Assembly (NCBI GenBank): GCA_964016885.1
Contig: OZ024763.1
Location: 10,602,001 to 10,666,000 of the forward strand
Direction of reading: 5' to 3'
Source of the DNA: Eledone cirrhosa
Lineage: Eukaryota
DNA length: 64,000 bases
In this document: piece after piece, positions 53,527-64,000 of the stretch
How the letters are laid out: every line of letters begins with the position of its first letter
Numbering within the stretch: position 1 is the stretch's first letter
The notes under the pieces: generated by a model
Databases searched by the model: none
Told to the model about the DNA's origin: nothing
The model's input: the letters and a program-made list of their open reading frames with translations, nothing else
Position numbers and translations under genes: made by a program

Positions 53527-53777
53527 TATATATATACATATATATATAATTGGAAATCAGTAAAATCAAATCTCTGGCGGTTTGCAAGTAAATTCGGCCT
53601 ACTTATATGAAATGATGAGTTAGCAAAGCACTCAATAAGATAGGGCCTTAGAGTTATAACATACGTATAAATAGCTTGACAAATCGAACATTGTGGTAGG
53701 CAAAACTAACACACAATATATACCAAAGCAACGATAGAACTAATCAGGTTGAGAAAAGTACATATATATATATATAT

Positions 53778-53971
53778 ATAGGAACCAGTAAGACCCCGAC
53801 AGCTGAGCTCAAGCCGTTTCGACGGCTAATTCTGGACAGAATTAGCCGTCGAAACGGCTTGAGCTCAGCTGTCGGGGTCTTACTGGTTCCTATTACCCAC
53901 TCTACTACCTCAAGTATTGAGTACTTTGGTGCGTTATGGTCCACCTGGTTCCTTACCACATTTCCTTCGTT
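53778..53971 (+). mobile_element. Fold-back insert: perfect ~55-bp inverted repeat plus tail in (TA)n
   Basis: Arms 53778-53833 / 53838-53893; GTC-GAAAC half-core; tail hairpin ACTC..GAGT. Confidence 0.7.
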
Positions 53972-54304
53972 ATATATATATATATGTATATATATGTATA
54001 TGTAAATGTGGTTGGTGTCAGGAAGGGCATCCAGCCGTAGAAAACCCGCCAGACAGTTCCATGCGAGCAAGACAACCACTCTTGTCTCAAGTGGGAAAAC
54101 TCCCGTCCAAACCCATGCAAGCGTGGAATATGAACGTTAAACGATGATGATGATGATGATGATATATATGTATATATACACATGTCTCCTGGTATTATTC
54201 AAAATGTTCAAAATTATTATTCAAAATGTTAACAAATGAAATTTGAATATTTTTCATTTGTTAACAAAATGTTAACAAATGAAAAATATTTGCATAATCA
54301 AAAT

Positions 54305-54375
54305 ATATACTTTATTATACATATTTCAAAGGTACTGTGTTGTTTTTTCAGTACGTCCTCGTCAGACAGTATATA
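54305..54375 (-). ncRNA. Hammerhead ribozyme variant (CUGACGA core) within fold-back insert 54195-54515
   Basis: Minus strand: TATACTGT-CTGACGA-GGAC-GTACTG..CAGTAC-CTTT-GAAA-TATGTA-TA-ATAAAGTATA; stem I bulged. Confidence 0.65.
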
Positions 54376-54514
54376 TTTTGATTATGCGAATATTTTTCAT
54401 TTGTTAACATTTTGAATAATATTAAAAACTCCTGGAAAACTTTACTGTTGAATGCTTCTAATCTATTGTAAAACTCTATTCGTTGAGTAATCAACGAACC
54501 ATATTAATCTTTGG

Positions 54515-54558
<44 letters not shown>

Positions 54559-54915
54559 AAAAAGAGATGAAATCGAAAATGCAAGAGTCTTATTTTTTTT
54601 TTAAATATATATATTTATTTGGTTCCTTTACCGGTTTCGCAGTTCTTCTGCTTTTCAAAGGTAGAGTTGAGATGGAGGGTCTGTGGTTTTTCTCATATAT
54701 TTTTTTAAAAAATAAGACTCCAGTTGCATTTTCGATTTCATCTCTTTTTCTTTATACTTTCACTCGTGTAGGACACCTCGGTTATTTTTCAATTTGTAAA
54801 AAAACCTCACTTTCTAATATATATATATATATATATACATACATATATATATATATATATACATCCCACCCTTGCAAGCAGGGAAAAGCGGATGTAAAAT
54901 GATGATGATGATGAC

Positions 54916-54986
<71 letters not shown>

Positions 54987-56048
54987 CATATATATATATC
55001 TCACTTCCTCCCGTCTGACCTGCGTTAATTCTTTCCTCTCTCACTATTTTCGTGGGTCGGACGTGTCTCTTTTCTTCTTGTCATTTGATTTGTCGGACTT
55101 AAGCCCACAAGATTCATTGACTTGTCTCTCTTTTCCTCTCTTTATGTTGCGTTACTACCATGTTGTTTGTTCACTTTCCTCTGACCCGATAACTCGCACT
55201 GATTTTAGGTATCTAGTCTTTACTGTGAAGAAATACCAATGAGAATCAGCAGACTACTGATGATGGACTTTTCCTGTTTCTTGGTCTTTTATTCATATGT
55301 TCATATTCACAACAACGCAGCAAGCCATTTTTCATTCACATATATATATGTGTGTGTGTGTATGTGTGTGTGTATAATATATATTTGTGTGCGTATGTGT
55401 TTTATTAGTACAAATTAAAAGTCTAAGCAAACAATTTCTGCTTTTACCCTAAGCGGGATCTTCTGAAACTGAGAAATATCAATCTATATATGCAGAAGTA
55501 AATATTTTTATAAGATTACAACCAAATAAAATAGAAAGACATAACAGTAGCACATGAGGATGTTCTCTTGAGATGAATGAAATATTTGCAAGGAGAATTA
55601 CATCATTAGGTGAAGCAGGAACAACAAATTCTTGCTATGACAAAATCAGGAGACTAATATTCTTTTTGGAGTAGCCAAGTAATTTCCAGTTACCATATAT
55701 GGAAAATGATATTAATAATAGTAAAATGATTAAACATAGAAATACTGAAGATATTAATAATAGTAAAAATAATAATTGTTTCTAGAATAGGCACAAGGCC
55801 AGCAATTATCCCAGTGTATTACTGGTACTTTATTTTATCGACCCCCGTTTAGCAGAATGGCCCGGCGCTGCTCGGGAGTTGCTCTAGGGTTCTTATATAT
55901 CTGATATACATATCAGCAGATCCACTGATCAGCCAGATTTACATATCAGCAGTCTGGCCAATGGCGATGAATGGCCGGCTTTGCCATATTCATATAAAAA
56001 AATATATATTTTTCCGCTCTGCATGGCTGACTACAATAAATATAACAA

Positions 56049-56380
56049 CATGACAGAGGGAGGTGGCCATCACTGTAATGACAGAGGGAGGTGGCCATCA
56101 CTGTAATGACAGAGGGAGGTGGCCATCACTGTAATGACAGAGGGAGGTGGCCATCACTGTAATGACAGAGGGAGGTGGCCATCACTGTAATGACAGAGGG
56201 AGGTGGCCATCACTGTAATGACAGTGGGAAGTGGCCATCACTGTAATGACAGAGGGAGGTGGCCATCACTGTAATGACAGAGGGAGGTGGCCATCACTGT
56301 AATGACAGAGGGAGGTGGCCATCACTGTAATGACAGAGGGAGGTGGCCATCACTGTAATGACATGACAGTGGGAGGTGGC
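56049..56380. repeat. 28-bp tandem repeat (~11.5 copies)
   Basis: TGACAGAGGGAGGTGGCCATCACTGTAA. Confidence 0.93.
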
Positions 56381-56399
56381 TAACACCGTTTGGGCAATA

Positions 56400-57703
56400 A
56401 TGATGGAATATTTTCCACATCATACAGATGATGTAGCGCTGATGTTGGTGTTGGAGAGAGTAGAGTTTGTGTTTTTCTAGTGAACCCCAACCGTGAAGGC
56501 CTGTCATTCCGTCTATCTTTTTTTATTGACCTCTTGGATCCTTCAATTTTCATAATACATTATGTTAAGTGAAGGGACCACAGTGTTCAACAGTATTGCA
56601 GGTGGGGCCAATTAAAGGTAGTATAGAGAATGTTGATGGTGTGAATTTCTTTAGACCAGAAAATTCTGAGAATCCAGGAACACATTGGTATTTTACTCCA
56701 GCTTATGTTGTTGTCAACAATTTCTCTGACGTCTCTAATATTGTTTGATACCACGAGGGTTTCACCTGAGGGAAGAGAATGGTAACTTTAATGCTTCTTT
56801 TTTTTCAAAGTGCATTAGTTTAATTATCCATGTTTAGTAGCATATTGTTTTTTGTTGCCCATTGACTAACAGCAAGCAGATCGAATTGAAGGTATGTCCA
56901 GTCTCCTACTCCATTGATGATCTTCTAAAGCTGGAAATCATCAGCAAAAATTGTTATTTTGCTGTGTGATGACATCTATAATGTCATTTATAATGAAGAG
57001 AAGTGAGCCCAACACAGTGCTTTGTGGGATGTCACTACTGACTTTTGCTGAGCTTGACAGTATTCATTGAACCACATGCTGGGCTCTATTTGACAGGAAA
57101 CAGTTAATCCACTTCAGTACCATTCCACAGACTCCAATGCTGGATAGTTTCTTCAACAGGATGTTGTAATCAACCTTGTCAAAGGCCTTGCTAAAATCAA
57201 GATATATGACATCAGTGTTGGAGCCCATTCCCAGAGCTCTTGAAATGTCATCAAAGTGATGAATGAGCTGCGTTAGGCAATCTCTGCCATTATGGAACCC
57301 ATGTTGGCTGGAGTTCAGCAGATTGTTGCTTTCAAGAAAGTGAGTTATTTGTGATCTCACCATCCACTCAAATAACTTAATGATATGAGAGGTAAGTGGG
57401 ATTGGTAGGTAATTCACTGCAAGGGACTTGTTTCCTTTTTTGAAAACTATGATGACAGACGGGGACAGGAAATGTTCATGGATATAGCTTGCATCCAAGC
57501 AGTTTCTCCAAAGATTAGCAAGAGGGGATGCAAGTTGATGTCGGCAATTCTTCAGGACACTAGCAGGGAACCTATCGGGGCCTACTGTTGAGTTGTGCTA
57601 CTAATATATCAGGGTCACCAAATATTATGTCAGCTATAGTGTTTTCGGTAGCCATATCAGGATTGCTAAAAGCAGAGCAGTATTGTTTCTGCAGTATCTC
57701 AGT
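56400..57703 (-). mobile_element. CR1/L2-group LINE RT remnant
   Basis: FKKG....NY.PI.LTS.I.KLFE, QHGF..GR.CLTQL, YLDFSKAFDKV, IPQSTVLG.LLF, FADD. Confidence 0.88.
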
Positions 57704-57705
57704 TA

Positions 57706-58138
57706 TGTAATGTGGTAGTGCTGGTGCCATGATTAAACACACCCTGTCCACCCTGTAAGGTGGTAGTGCTGGTGCTATGATTAAACACACCCAGTCCACC
57801 CTGTAATGTGGTAGTGCTGGTGCTATGATTAAACACACCCAGTCCACCCTGTAGAATGGTAGTGCTGGTGCTATGATTAAACACACCCAGTCCACCCTGT
57901 AAGGTGGTAGTGCTGGTGCTATGATTAAACACACCCAGTCCACCCTGTAAGGTGGTAGTGGTGGTGCCATGATTAAACACACCCAGTCCACCCTGTAAAG
58001 TGGTAGTGCTGATGCATTGATTAAATACACCCAGTCCATTCTGTAAAGTAGTAGTTCTGGTGCCATGATAAAACACACCCAGTCCACTCTGTAGAGTGTT
58101 AGAGTCATGATAAAATGCTCCCAGTACGCTCTGTAAAG
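57706..58138. repeat. 48-bp tandem repeat (~8.5 copies) from a SINE internal module
   Basis: GGTAGTGCTGGTGCYATGATTAAACACACCCAGTCCACCCTGTAA; continues into a GGCGTCAGGAAG 3' half. Confidence 0.88.
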
Positions 58139-58340
58139 TTGTAGGCGTCAGGAAGAGAATCGAGCCTGAATGGAACATAGAAACTGGACAAAAGTGACCA
58201 GAATGTGTCATGTCTACCCCATGTTAAAAGGGAAGACATGGAAAATAGACATTAAATGGTGAGGATGGTGTATGTGTGTATGTATATACCTACACACATA
58301 CATGTATACATACGTACATACATATGTATGTATGTATATG

Positions 58341-58785
58341 TATGATGTGATAGCTAGAACCATCTGGAATACACTTAGGGAAACAAAATTAAAAACAAAT
58401 GAAGAGGAATATGTTGAGGTAGATGGCACTAAGGAATACTGGTGGAACCTGAAAATAAAAACTGCCACCAAATTAAAGCACAACCGGCCTGATATTGTGG
58501 TTTGGGGCCACACATTGAAAACGTGTTCTGTTGTAGAGATCAGCTGCCCACTTGATGTAAACGTTGTCAGAAAAATACAGGAGAAGGAGGACATCTACGG
58601 ACCATTGATGAGGAGTTTGCAGATCCAGTATTCAAGATACACCTTTAGCTTCATACCCATCATTACTGGAGCTACGGGTTATATAGCAACCCGCTTGGAC
58701 CAAAGTATAACTGAACTTGGATTTGTAGACAAAGAACGCAGCTCCCTAATTCACAGACTACAAATGGCTGCAATTCAAGAGGATG
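58341..58785 (+). mobile_element. R4/Dong-like non-LTR element restriction-like endonuclease domain fragment
   Basis: YWWNLKIKT..K.KHNRPDIVVW......VVEISCPLD......EK..IY; FIPII.GA.G. Confidence 0.8.
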
Positions 58786-59109
58786 ACAATTTCTTTTCTT
58801 TTACGCCCTTGCTACCAGGAAGGTGGCCAGTCAAAAATGTACTCGAAATTAAGAGAAACATACACACACACATACATGCACACACACACACATATATACA
58901 TACATGCATACATATCCATACATGCATATATACATACACACATACACACATACAGACACACATACATACACATACAGACACACAGACACACATACACACA
59001 CATAGACAGCCATATTTACCTAGTTGATGTCTAAATTCCAACGAAAGAGTCTATTCTTTACGTCAGAAAGCGTCTCTATTGGTGAAAATTTATTTTTAAA
59101 ATATAACCA

Positions 59110-59663
59110 GAATATATACATATATACATACACATATATATATATGTTTATATACATACACATATATATATGTATATATGTATATATATATATAAATATA
59201 TATAGATATATACATACACATATATATATATGTATATATGTATATGTATATATCTATATATAGATATATACATACACATATATAAATATACATATATCTA
59301 TTTATGTATATATGTGTATATATATTTATATATATGTGTGTATATATATATATATACACATATATATACACACATATATATATATTTATATATATGTGTG
59401 TGTATATATATATATATATTTACACATATATATACACACATATATATATATATTTATATATATGTATATATATATACACATATATATATATATATATACA
59501 CACAAACATATATATATATTTATATATATATGTGTGTATATATATGTGTATATATATATATATATACACACATATATATAAATATATATATATATATATT
59601 TATATATATGTGTATATATATATATATACACACACATATATATACACACATATATATACACAC

Positions 59664-59702
<39 letters not shown>

Positions 59703-60003
59703 TACACACACACACACATATATATAGAGAGAGACAGACAGACTTACAGAAACAACACGCAGTATGTGGCTGACCCAAAATTCCACAGATTAAATCATTC
59801 AGTAAAAGAGTGTGTGGGGAAGATTCTTTTTACAAATTCTATATTTGGTTCTAACATCACATCACAAACACACATACGTATGTACACACACATATATGTA
59901 TGTATGTGTAAATATATATATATATATATACATACACGTGTGTGTGTATATGTATATGTATATATATATATATACACACGTGTGTGCGTGTATATGTATA
60001 TAT

Positions 60004-60048
<45 letters not shown>

Positions 60049-60110
60049 CTCACATATATATACATATATATAAAGATAGAGAGAGAGAGAGAGAGATAGA
60101 TAGAGAGACA
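59110..60110. repeat. (TA)n/(CA)n microsatellite blocks
   Basis: Seen directly. Confidence 0.95.
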
Positions 60111-60221
60111 GAGAGGGGCAAGCAGGCAGTAGTTGACAAAAGAGCATTGTCATTTTGGTTCATGGCAAAACTTTCAATGAAATAAACACTTCCTTAGTAA
60201 GATATAGATGTCTCAGCTATA

Positions 60222-62015
60222 TCATCATCATCATCATCGTTTTTACATCCACGGGGTGGATAGGTCCTTCACAGCCCAGCATCTCACTACTCGTCATGTT
60301 TCTGAGTCTCAGCAATTTCAGCTCAGCTCTCCCCCACCTCCGCCCAGGTCTTCCTTGGTTTACCTCTACTGCAGCTACCTTCCACTGGTATATCTTGGCA
60401 CTTCTTCACCCAGCGATCATCATCCATGCACATCACATGTCCATACCAACACAAGTCTTGCACACCACTTTGGATTCCTCATAAACCCAGTTTCTCCCCC
60501 AGTCCATCCAACTCTGCCTTTCTTTCACATTAACATTTCACATCCAATGAAACATGGTTGCTTCATTTCTTTCCAGTCTACACATGTCCTCTGAAATCAC
60601 TGCCCATGTTTCATTGCCATGTAGCACCACATGTCCTCTGAAATCACTGCCCATGTTTCACTGCCATGTAGCACCACATGTCCTCTGAAATCACTGCCCA
60701 TGTTTCACTGCCATGCAGCACCACATGTCCTCTGAAATCACTGCCCATGTTTCACTGCCATGTAGCACCACATGTCCTCTGAAATTACTGCCCATGTTTC
60801 ACTACCATGCAGCACCACATGTCCTCTGAAATCACTGCCCATGTTTCACTGCCATGCAGCATTACACTTCGCCCACAAGTGTCATACAGTCATCCTTTAG
60901 TATGTATTGAGAAACTTTTTGTTGTCAACAGTGTGAGTAGCTCTCTAACCTTCTTCCATCCTGTCCTTATTCTAGCTATTATACTCTCAGAGCACCCTCT
61001 CCACTGCTAATCAGGGTCCTATCTTCTCTCCTACTCACTAGCACTTTAGTTTTGGTTAAGTTTAATCTCAGCCCTTTTGATTTCAAATTCCGTTTCCATA
61101 GACGGAACATATTTACTAGTTCTTTTATAGATTCTGCTATAGGGGCTAGATCATCTGCATAGGGAAGTTCCTATGGAGAGCCAGTTTTAAACTCCTCTGT
61201 TATAGCCTGGAGAACTATGATGAATAGCGTGGGCTAAGAACTGAACCTTGATGAACTCTTACCTTTCTCATTTCCTACTCTCACTTTACTGAGAGCTCCT
61301 CTGTACATGGCTTGCACTGCTCTCACAAGCCATTCTTCTACATCTAATTCCCATAAGAACCACCAGATAACAGGTCAAGATTCGCTGTCAAAGGCCTTTT
61401 CTAGATCAACAAAAGCTAAATATAGTGGCTTATTCTTGGCTAGGAACTTCTCTTGTAGTTGCCTCACTAAGCGGGCATCTGTAGTACTTTTCCCAGGCAT
61501 GAAACCAAACTGCATCACATCTAATTTAACTCTTTCTGCCAATTTTATAACTTGGTTCATTCGATATATTCCTCTATAGTTTCTCCTTTTTAGAGCATCA
61601 CCTTTGCCTTGTAGCAATTTATGATTATACTGCTGTAACAGTCATTGACGCCATCCTGTATTACTTGATTGATTATGAGGGTTACTAGTTTGAACCCTAC
61701 TTCAGTCCCGCAGCTTTACCATTCTTCAACTCCTTGATTGCGTCTTTGACCCTAAAACTATCAACTTCAATATCTGGTTCTTTCTTTTGTTAAGTTGGGG
61801 ATATTTTGTCTTCTTCCCATTCATTCTCTACTTCATTAATCTCTCATAGTAACATTTCCAGGCCTCTTTCTTTTGAACACCAGCGTCATTTCTAATACAT
61901 TTTCCCCCAACAACATCTCAATTTACACTAACACACAGCCTTACAATACGGAACACTTCACGTTTCTGGTCCTCACGTCTCAAGACATTGGCAAATTTAC
62001 TTTCTTCAGTCTCTC
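60222..62015 (-). mobile_element. RTE LINE, degenerate 3' portion with (GAT)n tail
   Basis: KGKGDAL.R.NYRGI, MQFGFMPGKSTTDA, LYLAFVDLEKAFD, YADDL. Confidence 0.88.
60581..60861. repeat. 47-bp tandem repeat x6 inside RTE coding sequence
   Basis: CACATGTCCTCTGAAATCACTGCCCATGTTTCACTGCCATGYAGCAC. Confidence 0.9.
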
Positions 62016-62018
62016 TCG

Positions 62019-62277
62019 GCTGTTGAACTGTAGAACTGAAGAACTGTAGAACTGAAGAACTGTTGAACTGTAGAACTGAACAACTGTAGAACTGTAGAAC
62101 TGAACAACTGTAGAACTGTTGAACTGTAGAACTGTTGAACTGAAGAACTGTTGAACTGTAGAACTGTTGAACTGTGCAACTTTTGAATTGTTGAACTGTA
62201 GAACTGTTGAACTAAACAACTGTAGAACTGTTGAACTATAGAACTGTAGAACTGTAGAACTGTAGAATTGTTGAACT
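62019..62277. repeat. 8-bp repeat GAACTGT(A/T)
   Basis: Seen directly. Confidence 0.9.
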
Positions 62278-62599
62278 CAAGCAAAGATGTGACAATAATA
62301 ACACTGAATGTAATTCCATGGCAATAGAAAGAAATGTGTACTCCTCAAACCATCAGAGTATACTTTGAAGCTGTTGGATAGAATTGTGTACTCCCATTTC
62401 GCTGAAGCACAATATATAGGCTAAAACAGGAGCACACTTGAAACACGATTGTGATATGGTTGGCTGTCGTTAAATAGTTTATCCATTACACAGCTCGTTA
62501 GATAACACTCAATACAAGTTCAATACACAACACCTATATTTTACAGAAAGGTCCTTTAGCTTCTAACCTCTCAGTCTCCACGTTTTCCTGTGTATCCTA

Positions 62600-62888
62600 T
62601 ATTCCAGTTGATCTGATCAACGGAACAGCCTGTTTGTGAAAATAACGTGCAAGGGAAGGCACGTGGCTTAGTTGTTAGGGTATTCAGCTCACAATCGTAA
62701 CATCATGAGTTCGATTCCCGGTGGCGTTTTTGTGTCCTTAGGCAGTACACCTTATTTCATATTGCTTCAGTCCACTCAGCAGACAAAAAAACTAGTTGTA
62801 CCTGTAATTTGAAAGGCCAGCCTTATCACATTCTGTGTCATGTTGAATCTCCCTGAGAACTATGTTATAGATACATGTGTCTGTGGAA
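62600..62888 (+). mobile_element. SINE family D with its 3' tail inverted upstream
   Basis: Head GGCTTAGTTGTTAGGG..GAGTTCGATTCCC at 62656-62720; 62602-62652 is the reverse complement of the tail seen at 26560-26610. Confidence 0.75.
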
Positions 62889-63248
62889 TATATATATGTA
62901 TATATATATATATATATAATCGTGGAGTGATTTACACTGTTAAGAAAAAGTCGGCAGATTTTCAATCAACCAACTTTCTTCAATTGAATATATATATATG
63001 TGTGTGTGTGTATGTGTGTGTGTGTGTGTGTGTATGTGTGCGTTAAGTATTTCCATAGAAAAGGTAAAGGAAAGGAGAGTGCTCTATGTATTGTACAGAG
63101 CTATTTAATTATATTTTAAATATATATGTATGTATGTATACATATATACACATAGGTCGGCTGAAAAGTTTATAGGTTGACCAAGATACTCTCATGGAAT
63201 GTGACCAAATGAAATATATCTTTCAACACAGTCCCCACTTCTTCCCCT

Positions 63249-63850
63249 GGCAGTGGAGACTTCTGGTGTCCTCGGCCCTAGGGCTACCTCCATCATCATC
63301 ATTCGTCGACTACTGTCGAGATGATGGATCTCACTCTCATGCCCCACAATTCCCCGTCCCCTATCGCTGCCCCCAGGTCCTGTCTACTGATTCCCGTATC
63401 CCTAGAGATAACGTCAGGGAATGACAGCTTCCTACTCCTAGTCAGGCTGGAGTCAGGGTTCCAGAGCAAGAGAGCGGATATGATTTCATTGCTGGCACGG
63501 TGACAGTGGCCAGCAAATTGAGCTCTCCGGGATTTTAGAAGGGCAGAGGCTCGAGGGAGTTTGCCATAGATTTTAGACAAGGTGGGATGTCGTTTCCAGG
63601 ATAGGTTTTGCACTCTCATTAAGAGGCGGGTATATGTGCCATCCAATCTCCTCTCAAGTTGTGATGTTAGTGTCCAAGTTTCGGATCCATAAAGTAATAT
63701 GGGCTACCTCCTTACTCACCACCATAGGCGCTGAGCTGGCCAGCCACAGCAGGTGTGAACCCCGCAAGTTGGAGTGGCTCTTCCAGCGTGTCTCCCTTGC
63801 CGTCCTCCATGGGAACGCCTTCTCCATCCTGTCCGCCGGGGCTGTGTGTG
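63249..63850 (+). mobile_element. CRE LINE 3' fragment interrupted by an RTE-like 3' end
   Basis: TSLLTTIGAELA....EPRKLEWLFQRVSLAVLHGNAFSILSA. Confidence 0.8.
63292..63700 (-). mobile_element. RTE-like LINE 3' end
   Basis: LLYGSETW..., LDGTYTRLL..VQN.SW..H, RR.QFAGHC.R; (GAT)n tail; 11-bp target duplication GGGCTACCTCC (63281/63701). Confidence 0.88.
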
Positions 63851-64000
63851 TGGAGGGGGGGGGGGGGGGGGGGGCATCACGTAACATTCCATATTTAGGT
63901 ACCCGAAACACAAAACTTTATTGCCTAGCATGTTATTATTGATACATTGCAGTTAGGGCTGTGATAAATACTAATTTTAGAATTAATTAAACAAATAATT

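Noticed and set aside
56938-56950. CTGATGA on minus strand
   Set aside because: Part of the FADD codons of the CR1 RT; no hammerhead stems

Overview
AT-rich, repeat-saturated eukaryotic non-coding DNA (intron or intergenic). The SINE, RTE, CRE and Penelope repertoire and the dense (TA)n/(CA)n tracts suggest an octopus/coleoid genome; this is an inference. I cannot support any intact host protein-coding gene: the long ORFs are translations of micro/minisatellites or decayed transposons. Content: tRNA-derived SINEs of several families, RTE, CR1, L1/Tx1, CRE and R4-like LINE fragments, Penelope-like (PLE) RT and GIY-YIG remnants, two near-identical Helitron derivatives, a maT/DD37D transposon, mariner and piggyBac MITEs, and more than a dozen minisatellites. 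The main signal is a set of short non-coding inserts sitting in (TA)n tracts. About 10 of them carry type I hammerhead ribozyme motifs, many are fold-back inverted repeats, and otherwise dissimilar families share a 3'-tail RCTC...GAGY stem-loop with one compensatory change. This looks like a PLE-mobilised, retrozyme-like system. Two secondary signals: most minisatellites are amplified modules of neighbouring transposons, and their unit variants are the TG/CA products of CpG deamination.
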